In this document: positions 1-7,823 of the stretch, one piece after another
Layout of the letters: each line of letters begins with the position of its first letter
How positions within the stretch are numbered: position 1 is the stretch's first letter
NCBI GenBank assembly: GCA_964510795.1
Contig: CAZEDT010000034.1
Span: 10,905-40,690, forward strand
From: an uncultured Syntrophomonas sp.
Lineage (GTDB): Bacteria; Bacillota; Syntrophomonadia; Syntrophomonadales; Syntrophomonadaceae
Direction: 5' to 3'
DNA length: 29,786 nt
Program-made: the position numbers and the translations under genes
The notes under the pieces: generated by a model
Seen by the model: the letters and a program-made list of their open reading frames with translations, nothing else
Databases searched by the model: none
Told to the model about the DNA's origin: nothing

Positions 1-1008
1 TCGTTCCGGTAAGCTCAATAACCTTAGATAAGACTTCAGTAAATATGGGTATAGGTGACAGCCAGGATCTAACGGCCACCGTCCTGCCAAACAATGCTAC
101 CAACAAAGCGGTAAGCTGGACATCAAGTAATCCAGCTGCAGTCACGGTAAGTAATTCTGGTTTAGTAAAAGGAATAGCAGCCGGAACAGCAACCATCACC
201 GCAACTACCGAAGACGGCGGATTAACTGCAACATGTAATGTAGAGGTAGTGATCGTTCCGGTAAGCTCAATAACCTTAGATAAGACTTCAGTAAATATGG
301 GTATAGGTGACAGCCAGGATCTAACGGCCACCGTCCTGCCAAACAATGCTACCAACAAAGCGGTAAGCTGGACATCAAGTAATCCAGCTGCAGTCACGGT
401 AAGTAATTCTGGTTTAGTAAAAGGAATAGCAGCCGGAACAGCAACCATCACCGCAACTACCGAAGACGGCGGATTAACTGCAACATGTAATGTAGAGGTA
501 GTGATCGTTCCGGTAAGCTCAATAACCTTAGATAAGACTTCAGTAAATATGGGTATAGGGGGCAGCCAGGATTTAACCGCAACGGTGCTGCCAGCCAATG
601 CCACCAACAAAGCAGTAAGCTGGACATCGAGTAATCCAGCTGCAGTCACGGTAACTAGCAGCGGTCTGGTAAAAGGAATAGCAGCTGGTACAGCAACCAT
701 CACCGCAACTACCGAAGACGGCGGATTAACTGCAACATGTACGGTAGAGGTAGTAGTAGTTCCGGTAAGTTCAATAACCTTAGATAAGACTACATTGAAT
801 ATGGGTATAGGTGACAGCCAGGATCTAACGGCCACCGTCCTGCCAAACAATGCTACCAACAAAGCGGTAAGTTGGACATCAAGTAATCCGGAAGTAGCAA
901 CTGTAAGTAATTCTGGTCTAGTAACCGCAATTGCTGGCGGTAGCGTGACAATTACCGCAACCACAGAAGACGGAGGCTTCGCTGCATATTGTGGCATAAC
1001 CGTAACTG
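1..1008. repeat. Four tandem 252-bp (84-codon) coding repeats, each encoding one Big_2 domain
   Basis: Units start at 1, 253, 505 and 757. Units 1 and 2 show no difference over all 252 nt in a base-by-base reading. Unit 3 has scattered substitutions and unit 4 has more. The window starts exactly on a unit boundary, so further copies may lie upstream. Confidence 0.95.
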
Positions 1009-2600
1009 TTCCAGTAAAAACGGTATTTCTAAACCACAAACCTAGATATCTTAGCCTAGGCCAAACTATCACCTTGATCGCCGTAGTATTACCATCCAAC
1101 GCTACTAATAAAGCAGTAACGTTTAGTTCGTCAAACCCCGCTGTAGCAACTGTAGATAGCGAGGGTAAAGTAACCGGGATAAGTTTAGGTAATGCAACAA
1201 TTACCGTAACTACGATAGACGGAGGACATACCAATATTGTTGATATACCAGTTATTATTCCTATAACCAGCTTGTCTATAAATAAGGATAATACAAATTT
1301 AAATATAGGTGCCGAAGAAACTTTAATTGCTAATGTATTACCCGATAATGCTACCGAAACGGTGTACTGGGATTCTAGTAATCGTGAAATAGCTACAGTA
1401 GATTCTAATGGTAAAGTAACCGCGATATCAAATGGGACATCAATAATTATTGCATACACTAAAGGCACCAAAAATACAGCAACTTGTAGCGTAACAGTCA
1501 CCACACTGCCGGTAAGTTCAATCTCATTAGATAATACTACTTTAAATATAGGTGTAGGAGATAGCCGAGGTTTAACAGCCACAATAATGCCAGCCAATGC
1601 AAGCAACAAAGCCGTTAGATGGACTTCGAGTAATCCAACTGTAGCAACTGTAAATAGCCAAGGTCTAGTAAATGGAGTTAATGCCGGATCAGCTATTGTC
1701 ACAGCAACAACAGATGATGGCGGCTACACAGCGACTTGTAATGTGGAGGTAAATAATTCAATCGTCCATGTAAGCTCAATATCTTTGGATAGAATAAACC
1801 TTGCTATGATTACAGGCGATTACACGATATTAGTAGCTACCGTAAATCCCAACAATGCTACTGATAAATCGGTAGCATTTACAACCAGTGATCCATCAAT
1901 AGCTATAGTGGATGCTTTTGGTAAAGTAACTGCAGTATCAGTTGGCAGTGCAATAATTACTGCAACCACAAACGACGGTGGCAAAAAGGCTACTTGTAAT
2001 GTAACGGTAAACAACCTAAGACCTAATAATCAGTATGTATACGATTCATTAAATCGATTAATAACGATCTCAATGGATAATAAAACCATTACTTATCAGT
2101 ATGATTCCACCGGTAACATTACCGGAGTTAGCTATACTGGAACAACAGCCGGAGAAAACACCAACTTGGCATTAAATAAGTCCTACACAAAGTTTGAACA
2201 ACCGGATAGTAATTATGCTGATTCAGGTAATGAATCTACGGACGGAATCATATCAGGAGATTACTCGGATGGAAAGTCATATGGATATCGTATTCCTAGA
2301 GGGGAAAGCAAAAGTATAGACATTGTCTTGGACATGGGGCAATCAACTACAATAAATAAAGTAAAAGCAAATAAATTGAAGGGAATCCTAAACTACGGAG
2401 GTGATACCATTACTGTGTATACTAGTGAAGATGGGGCTAGCTATCAGTTAGCAGGCAGTTGTACATCATCTTCTAATTACTGGTATAGCATTCCCATTAC
2501 CAGTACAAACGCCCGCTATGTGAAAGTCAACTTCACCAAATATAACGATGGTTCATGGGGAAATGATTGGCTCTTCATTGATGAAATTAAGGTGTTTTAG
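1..2600 (+). CDS. Cell-surface protein, 5'-truncated by the window edge. It has an array of bacterial Ig-like group 2 (Big_2) domains, two YD repeats and a C-terminal discoidin/F5-8 type C-like domain.
   Basis: The frame is open from nt 3 with no stop before the first ATG at 45, so the true start lies upstream. There are eight ~84-aa units with the Big_2 pattern (VPVSSITLDKT..L.IG.S.DLTATVLP.NATNKAV.WTSSNP.VATV..G.V.G...G.A.ITATT.DGG..A.C.V.V). YD repeats follow (YVYDSLNRLITIS, ITYQYDSTGNITGV; about nt 2030-2140). The last ~145 aa end in ARYVKVNFTKYNDGSWGNDWLFIDEIKVF, which is typical of discoidin-type carbohydrate-binding modules. Confidence 0.85.
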   Translation, partial: VPVSSITLDKTSVNMGIGDSQDLTATVLPNNATNKAVSWTSSNPAAVTVSNSGLVKGIAAGTATITATTEDGGLTATCNVEVVIVPVSSITLDKTSVNMGIGDSQDLTATVLPNNATNKAVSWTSSNPAAVTVSNSGLVKGIAAGTATITATTEDGGLTATCNVEVVIVPVSSITLDKTSVNMGIGGSQDLTATVLPANATNKAVSWTSSNPAAVTVTSSGLVKGIAAGTATITATTEDGGLTATCTVEVVVVPVSSITLDKTTLNMGIGDSQDLTATVLPNNATNKAVSWTSSNPEVATVSNSGLVTAIAGGSVTITATTEDGGFAAYCGITVTVPVKTVFLNHKPRYLSLGQTITLIAVVLPSNATNKAVTFSSSNPAVATVDSEGKVTGISLGNATITVTTIDGGHTNIVDIPVIIPITSLSINKDNTNLNIGAEETLIANVLPDNATETVYWDSSNREIATVDSNGKVTAISNGTSIIIAYTKGTKNTATCSVTVTTLPVSSISLDNTTLNIGVGDSRGLTATIMPANASNKAVRWTSSNPTVATVNSQGLVNGVNAGSAIVTATTDDGGYTATCNVEVNNSIVHVSSISLDRINLAMITGDYTILVATVNPNNATDKSVAFTTSDPSIAIVDAFGKVTAVSVGSAIITATTNDGGKKATCNVTVNNLRPNNQYVYDSLNRLITISMDNKTITYQYDSTGNITGVSYTGTTAGENTNLALNKSYTKFEQPDSNYADSGNESTDGIISGDYSDGKSYGYRIPRGESKSIDIVLDMGQSTTINKVKANKLKGILNYGGDTITVYTSEDGASYQLAGSCTSSSNYWYSIPITSTNARYVKVNFTKYNDGSWGNDWLFIDEIKVF

Positions 2601-2700
2601 GTAACTATGGTTATGTTATAAGGATTTCCCCTTTTAATTTTATTGAAGTATTGCTTTTAATACCTATCTATTCAACTTTCAAGAAAAGGAGTGCTCTAAT

Positions 2701-5700
2701 TTGTCTAAAAAGTTTTTAAGTATAAGTTTTTTGGTATTGATGTTTTTATGTGTGAATTTAACGTTATTTCCACAGTCTACAAATGCAGCCGAATCTATTG
2801 AAGTTTCAACGGTTGAGGACTTGAATAATATGAGTAATAACGTTTACCAAGCTGTTACAATTGACGATGTTAAGCAGTTTTACCTCGCTTGTGATCCTGA
2901 AACCCGAAAATATTCCTTTGTGCTTGGACTCGTTGATGCAGCAACTGGAACACAGATTGTAAATGAGCCAATAATTACGGTCAATGGCGCTATTCCTATT
3001 CCCTTCACTTTAAACTATAATTCCCTGATGCTGGCTGAAGGCCCCATGGGTAAGGGCTGGGGCCACGATTATGAAACCCGCATTGACGAACAGCAGGATG
3101 GTAGCATAAAACTGTCTTGGACTGCTAACCGTTGTAATACCTTCAATCTGACAGGAGTTAATCAATACACATCATCAGACCAAGCCTGTAGATGTGATAA
3201 ACTGATAAAAAATGTCGACAACAGTTTTGATTTAACCCGCAAAGACCAGAGCGTTTATAAGTTTGATACTTCAGGAAAAATCATCCAACAACTGAACGGC
3301 CATGGGCAATCTCTCAACTTTGGCTACAACAGCTCAAACCATTTGCAAACAATAACAGAACCACTGTCTGGAAGAACCTTAACCATTACCTGTAATACAG
3401 CCAATCTAATAGCTTGCATCTCTGATGGTATGATGCGCCAGATAACATTTAGCTATGATGCTCAGAATAATATGACTGGAATTACCTACCCTGATAATAA
3501 GACAACTACCTTCACCTACGATTCCCAGGGACAGGTATTATCGCAAATCGATGGGGAAGGTAAACAAGTATTTCTTGATAATTATGATCAACAAGGGAGA
3601 GTAATCAGCCAGAAAGATGGCATTAACCAGACTAGTACCCTTGTTTACGATACAGGAAAACAGCCAGGCAAAATAGTAACTACCGTAATTAACAAAAATG
3701 GCAAGAGCAAGACATACATCCACAACAGCAAATATGAACTGGAACAGGCTGTAGACGAACTGAATCATACTAACATCTATACATATGATACCAATGGCAA
3801 CCGCACCAGTATAACGGATGCGGCTGCAAATAATACCATTATGACATACGACAACCGGAGCAACTTACTTACTACTACCGACGTGGCAGGCCATACCACA
3901 ACTATGGGCTATGATGACAAAAATAACCTTACATCTATTACTGATACTAATAACAAAACCACTACCAGTAGCTACGATGCTAACAATAATTTAACCTCTG
4001 CGACCGATACCTTAAATCATATTACCAGCTATAGCTACGATATTAATGGCTTATTAGTTAGTGAAACTCTACCCCGATTAGGACAGACCACCTACACCTA
4101 TGAAAATGGTATGTTAAAAACCATCACTGATCCTGTCGGAGTAACACTAAGCTATGGTTACGACAGCGCTGGCAGGGTAGCAAGCATCACCAATGCCAAT
4201 AACAAGACCAGTACCATAAGCTATGATATCCGGGACAACATTATCCAAACCAGAGACCCCTTAAACAATACCGCTAATTTCACCTATGACAGTAACGGAA
4301 ATCTATTGACGAAAACTGACGCCAGAGGCAACACAACCACCTATGCCTATGATGCCAACCTTAAATTGACCAGTGTTACAGATGCTTTAAGTAATATAAC
4401 GAGATATGAATACGATCCAGAAGGAAATTTAACTAAAACTACCGATGCCAGAGGCAACGCAGTAACAGCCGCCTATGATGATAAAGGCAGGCAGATATCC
4501 ATAACAAATCTACTAGGTAATACCAGTAAAGTTGAATATGATGCAGTAGGCAATATTACTGCCCAATACGATGCTTTAAATAAAAAAGCAGTTGCGATTA
4601 GCTATGACAAGCTGTACAACCCCTTAACTGTAACCGACGCATTAGGTAATACAACAACTAACGAATATGACCAATTAAGCCGTCTCAAAAAAACAAGCAG
4701 TCCTTTAAACCAGATTACTCAATATAATTATGATGACTTAAACCGTTTATCACAAAGCACTGATGCTATGAATGGCCTGGCCAGCCAGCAATATGACGAC
4801 GACGGCAACCATACAGCCATGATAGATCCAGCTAACAACACCCTGACCGCTACATATGATCTGGCCGGTAGACTGACAGCTGTCAGTTCCCCAACAGGAT
4901 CTCAACAATATGCCTGCAATCAACTGGGTTACTTGTCAAGCATCACCAATGGTCGTAATCAGAGTAGTGCCTATGTTTATGACGACGCAGGACGCTTAAT
5001 TAGCAAAACTGACTCAGGTGGAACCATTGCCTATACATATGATGCAAACGGAAATGTACTTACTGTGAGTGATACCAGCGGAACTATATCCAGAGAATAC
5101 GATGCACTAAATCGTATAACCCGTTACACCGATACCCGGGGTAACAATATCCAATATGCCTATGACCAAGTAGGGAATATGACCTTGTTGACCTACCCGG
5201 ATGGAAAACAGGTGAGCTACAGCTATGATAGCAGCAACCGCTTAATCCAGGTAACAGACTGGGCAGGAAGAACAACTACTTACATTTATAACCCAAATGG
5301 ACAGCTTACCCAAACAGTAAGACCAGATGGATCAACTGAAACCAGAACTTATGACGATAACGGTAGGATTATTCAGCAAAAGGATAGTACCAAGAATGGA
5401 GAAGTTATCAGTCAGAACGATTTAGCATACGATTCGGCAGGAAGAATAATTTCAAGTAGTCCAGATTTACAAGTATCTGAATCATTAGCTAAGAATAATA
5501 TAACTTATACTACCGATAACCGTCTTGCGAGCATAAACGGGATATCGGTCACCTACGATGCTGACGGTAATATGATAACCGGTCCCCTGAATGGACAACT
5601 AGTAAGCTTTATTTTTGATTCAAGGAACCGCCTTTCGAGTATTGGCAACACAACATACGCTTACGATGCTGAAAATAATAGGATTGGTGTAACAGAAAAC

Positions 5701-6765
5701 GGAATAGAAACTCAATACACGATTAACCCCCATACCCAACTAAGCCAGGCATTGGTGAGAACAACACCGGATGGCAATGAAACGTATTATATTTATGGAT
5801 TAGGACTAATCGGGCAGGAAGAATCGATCGGCTATAGAAACTATCACTATGATCTAAGAGGTAGCACCATAGCTCTAACTGATCGATACGGAACGATAAC
5901 CGATACTTATCAATACGGTCCATACGGGGAATTGGTCAACAAAAACGGTACCTGCTCCATCCCCTTTCTCTATAACGGCAGAGACGGAGTAATGACCGAT
6001 AATAACGGACTGTATTATATGCGAGCCAGATACTATAGTACAGAGATGTTAAGGTTTATAAACCAGGATGTACTCATAGGAAAAATTTCTGATAGTCAAA
6101 GCCTGAATCGGTATGCATATGTTAACGGGCAGCCAATCTCCTTTATTGACCCATTTGGACTACAACTTATGAATTGGGAAAACCTCGGTAAAACCTTTAA
6201 GCAGACAGGGCAGTATTTAGTTTCAAGAGAAGCTGGAGAAGCTTATTTAGATACAATTGGGACAGTAGCAGAGGCTCATGTTATCGCATTTTCGATGACG
6301 GAAGTAGCAGCAGCTGCTGTTGTGGATACTGCTGTAGTCGGGCGGAGGACTTTAAATACAGCTTCTAAGGGTGGGGGAAATGCTAAGTCATTATTTAGGG
6401 GTGAGCGATCTTCTGTAACACCGGATATTACTTTTGAACAAGGTTTATTACCTAAAGGCACTCATGGCAATTTAGAACAACACATAACAAGTAATACAAC
6501 AGCAGGTAACTTCATATCGACAACGTCGGAACGAGGCATTGCAGAACAATTTGCTGGGAAAAATGGTTATGTGTATGAGATTGAAACAACCAATTATATT
6601 GATGTTAATAAGGTACTTGGTGCAAAGTCTCCATTTCCTGAACAAATTGAGCATGCAATTCCAGGAGGTGTAAATCCATCACAAATTAAAGGAGTATGGG
6701 TAATGAAAAATAGTGTTCCGACAGGAGAATTTATCCCAAATCCGGGATTTAGAGGAGTAAAATAA
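2701..6765 (+). CDS. Secreted Rhs/YD-repeat polymorphic toxin (WapA-like) with a variable C-terminal ADP-ribosyltransferase tip
   Basis: The TTG start follows AAAGGAG with a ~10-nt spacer. There is a signal peptide (MSKKFLSISFLVLMFLCVNLTLFPQSTNA|AE). Dozens of YD repeats (Y.YD..GN....TD) run from about nt 3250 to 5950. The Rhs core ends YYMRARYYSTEMLRFINQDV...NRYAYVNGQPISFIDPFGL, with DPFGL at nt 6148-6162. About 200 aa of unrelated tip follow. Confidence 0.9.
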   Translation: MSKKFLSISFLVLMFLCVNLTLFPQSTNAAESIEVSTVEDLNNMSNNVYQAVTIDDVKQFYLACDPETRKYSFVLGLVDAATGTQIVNEPIITVNGAIPIPFTLNYNSLMLAEGPMGKGWGHDYETRIDEQQDGSIKLSWTANRCNTFNLTGVNQYTSSDQACRCDKLIKNVDNSFDLTRKDQSVYKFDTSGKIIQQLNGHGQSLNFGYNSSNHLQTITEPLSGRTLTITCNTANLIACISDGMMRQITFSYDAQNNMTGITYPDNKTTTFTYDSQGQVLSQIDGEGKQVFLDNYDQQGRVISQKDGINQTSTLVYDTGKQPGKIVTTVINKNGKSKTYIHNSKYELEQAVDELNHTNIYTYDTNGNRTSITDAAANNTIMTYDNRSNLLTTTDVAGHTTTMGYDDKNNLTSITDTNNKTTTSSYDANNNLTSATDTLNHITSYSYDINGLLVSETLPRLGQTTYTYENGMLKTITDPVGVTLSYGYDSAGRVASITNANNKTSTISYDIRDNIIQTRDPLNNTANFTYDSNGNLLTKTDARGNTTTYAYDANLKLTSVTDALSNITRYEYDPEGNLTKTTDARGNAVTAAYDDKGRQISITNLLGNTSKVEYDAVGNITAQYDALNKKAVAISYDKLYNPLTVTDALGNTTTNEYDQLSRLKKTSSPLNQITQYNYDDLNRLSQSTDAMNGLASQQYDDDGNHTAMIDPANNTLTATYDLAGRLTAVSSPTGSQQYACNQLGYLSSITNGRNQSSAYVYDDAGRLISKTDSGGTIAYTYDANGNVLTVSDTSGTISREYDALNRITRYTDTRGNNIQYAYDQVGNMTLLTYPDGKQVSYSYDSSNRLIQVTDWAGRTTTYIYNPNGQLTQTVRPDGSTETRTYDDNGRIIQQKDSTKNGEVISQNDLAYDSAGRIISSSPDLQVSESLAKNNITYTTDNRLASINGISVTYDADGNMITGPLNGQLVSFIFDSRNRLSSIGNTTYAYDAENNRIGVTENGIETQYTINPHTQLSQALVRTTPDGNETYYIYGLGLIGQEESIGYRNYHYDLRGSTIALTDRYGTITDTYQYGPYGELVNKNGTCSIPFLYNGRDGVMTDNNGLYYMRARYYSTEMLRFINQDVLIGKISDSQSLNRYAYVNGQPISFIDPFGLQLMNWENLGKTFKQTGQYLVSREAGEAYLDTIGTVAEAHVIAFSMTEVAAAAVVDTAVVGRRTLNTASKGGGNAKSLFRGERSSVTPDITFEQGLLPKGTHGNLEQHITSNTTAGNFISTTSERGIAEQFAGKNGYVYEIETTNYIDVNKVLGAKSPFPEQIEHAIPGGVNPSQIKGVWVMKNSVPTGEFIPNPGFRGVK
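6163..6762 (+). other. Variable toxin tip of the Rhs protein: a ~75-aa linker with an Ala/Val-rich hydrophobic stretch, then a cholera/pertussis-toxin-like ADP-ribosyltransferase domain (about nt 6385-6720)
   Basis: Three segments line up with cholera toxin A1 as I recall it. SLFRGE..PDITFEQGLLPKG matches KLYRADSRPPDEIKQSGGLMPRG (Arg codon at 6397-6399). NFISTTS matches GYVSTS (S-T-T at 6517-6525). VLGAKSPFPEQIEHAIPGGVNPSQIKGVW matches VLGAYSPHPDEQEVSALGGIPYSQIYGW. The last segment aligns without gaps and places Gln (6643-6645) and Glu (6649-6651) at the two catalytic-loop positions. Confidence 0.75.
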
Positions 6766-7188
6766 ATGAGTATTGAAAAGAAGAGTATTAAGCTACGAAT
6801 TAATGAAGAACCTGTGACTGTTGAAGATTTGATTTTGTGGGAAGAAGCGCCTGACGATGAGGAGATGGTTCTCTTAGAGTTGACTGTTTCCGGTCGGATA
6901 ATCAGTGTTAAAGATGAAAATCTCTTTTCAGCATTAACAGCATTAAGGCAAGAGTTAGAGGCAGTAAGTATTCAGATTTTGTGTAATGGTGCTGCTGAAA
7001 ATGTTTATCCGTCACCAATGCAGATGTCAATGGGGCCAGGCAGATTGGCGTATAAATTGTGTATGGGAGTGCAGACTGGAGTTGCGGATATTGTTGATAT
7101 TTTCGATTGTGATGAGAACTTGAAGTTTGTAACGATAGATGAACAATCAAAATATTACTCGGAATGGATAAAAAGTGTTATGAAATAA
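6766..7188 (+). CDS. Putative cognate immunity protein of the Rhs toxin tip (140 aa, acidic, no family recognised)
   Basis: The ATG follows the Rhs stop directly (TAAATG, 6763-6768), which implies translational coupling. The position immediately 3' of a polymorphic-toxin tip is the canonical immunity slot. The N-terminal half is Asp/Glu-rich (EEAPDDEEMVLLE). The function is inferred from context only. Confidence 0.6.
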   Translation: MSIEKKSIKLRINEEPVTVEDLILWEEAPDDEEMVLLELTVSGRIISVKDENLFSALTALRQELEAVSIQILCNGAAENVYPSPMQMSMGPGRLAYKLCMGVQTGVADIVDIFDCDENLKFVTIDEQSKYYSEWIKSVMK

Positions 7189-7231
7189 ATGTATGGGATT
7201 CAATGATAGAATATTGAAGAAAGGCTTAGAT

Positions 7232-7669
7232 ATGGCTATTAAGTTTTATAAAGTAGATGAACAATATGGTTGCCTTTCAAACTTTTCAAAGCACGGATTT
7301 GAATTAGATGGAAAGTATTGGCCCACTAGCGAACACTACTTTCAAGCTCAAAAGTTTGTCGGTACTGAATATGAAGAAGCTGTCAGAATGGCAAAATCGC
7401 CAATGGATGCAGCTCGAATGGGCCGAGATAGGAAAAAACCATTACGCCAAGATTGGGAAGACGTTAAGAATGGAATTATGAGGAAGGCGGTTTTGCAAAA
7501 ATTTCAAACGCATCAAGATATACTTGAAACTTTGTTATTGACTGGAGATGAGGAAATCATTGAAGACACAGTTGATGACTATTATTGGGGTTGCGGCCAA
7601 AATGGAGATGGGTTGAATGTTCTTGGCCTAATTCTTATGGAAGTACGATCAATTCTGAAGGAGACTTAA
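7232..7669 (+). CDS. NADAR domain protein (YbiA/DUF1768 family), predicted ADP-ribosyl N-glycoside hydrolase
   Basis: The protein is near-colinear with E. coli YbiA as I recall it (FY...YG.LSNF....F..DGK.WPTSEHYFQAQKF......E..R...SPM.AARMGRDR.KPLR..WE.VK...MRKA...KF..H......LL.T.......T..D.YWG.G..G.G.N.LG..LMEVR). I prefer the ATG at 7232, which lies 8 nt after GAAAGG, over the track start at 7193. The track start has no Shine-Dalgarno and adds 13 non-homologous residues. Confidence 0.9.
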   Translation: MAIKFYKVDEQYGCLSNFSKHGFELDGKYWPTSEHYFQAQKFVGTEYEEAVRMAKSPMDAARMGRDRKKPLRQDWEDVKNGIMRKAVLQKFQTHQDILETLLLTGDEEIIEDTVDDYYWGCGQNGDGLNVLGLILMEVRSILKET

Positions 7670-7689
7670 AGATCGATAGTTTAACTGTT

Positions 7690-7734
7690 CCCGCCATCCC
7701 TGCATTGCCTGTAAGGTTGGCGGGCTTTCTTTTG
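7690..7734 (+). terminator. Rho-independent terminator closing the Rhs/immunity/NADAR unit
   Basis: CCCGCCA (7690-7696) pairs with TGGCGGG (7718-7724) and is followed by CTTTCTTTTG. It sits about 20 nt after the NADAR stop codon. Confidence 0.6.
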
Positions 7735-7767
7735 TCCAATTTAATATACTTAATAGGCACTTTTGTA

Positions 7768-7796
7768 TTTACATATATGTTAATTTTGTATATACT
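7768..7796 (+). promoter_or_regulatory. Candidate sigma-A promoter for the RHH/Com-like genes
   Basis: TTTACA (7768-7773), a 17-nt spacer, then TATACT (7791-7796). It is followed by AAAGGAGGTG and the ATG at 7824. Confidence 0.35.
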
Positions 7797-7823
7797 TATA
7801 TCATAAAAGGAGGTGTCATTCAA

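Noticed and set aside
1-1008. Regularly spaced identical repeats that could be mistaken for a CRISPR array
   Set aside because: The period is 252 bp with no unique spacers. The repeats are in frame inside a long ORF, and each unit encodes one Big_2 domain. This is a coding tandem repeat.
6640-6651. Reading PEQIEH as a cholera-toxin-type E-x-E catalytic motif
   Set aside because: The two Glu residues are spaced E-x-x-E. The gap-free alignment from VLGA to the GG places Gln1315 and Glu1317 at the catalytic positions, so the motif is Q-x-E.
3538-6654. Several 60-76-aa minus-strand ORFs inside the Rhs gene (3538-3768, 5084-5275, 5723-5923, 6276-6461, 6472-6654)
   Set aside because: All are antisense to a continuous 1354-codon frame with unmistakable YD/Rhs motifs. 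None has independent support.
7585-7823. The 73-aa plus-strand and 62-aa minus-strand ORFs in the NADAR/RHH spacer
   Set aside because: They cover the terminator hairpin and the AT-rich promoter region. There is no SD, and the products are low-complexity hydrophobic translations.
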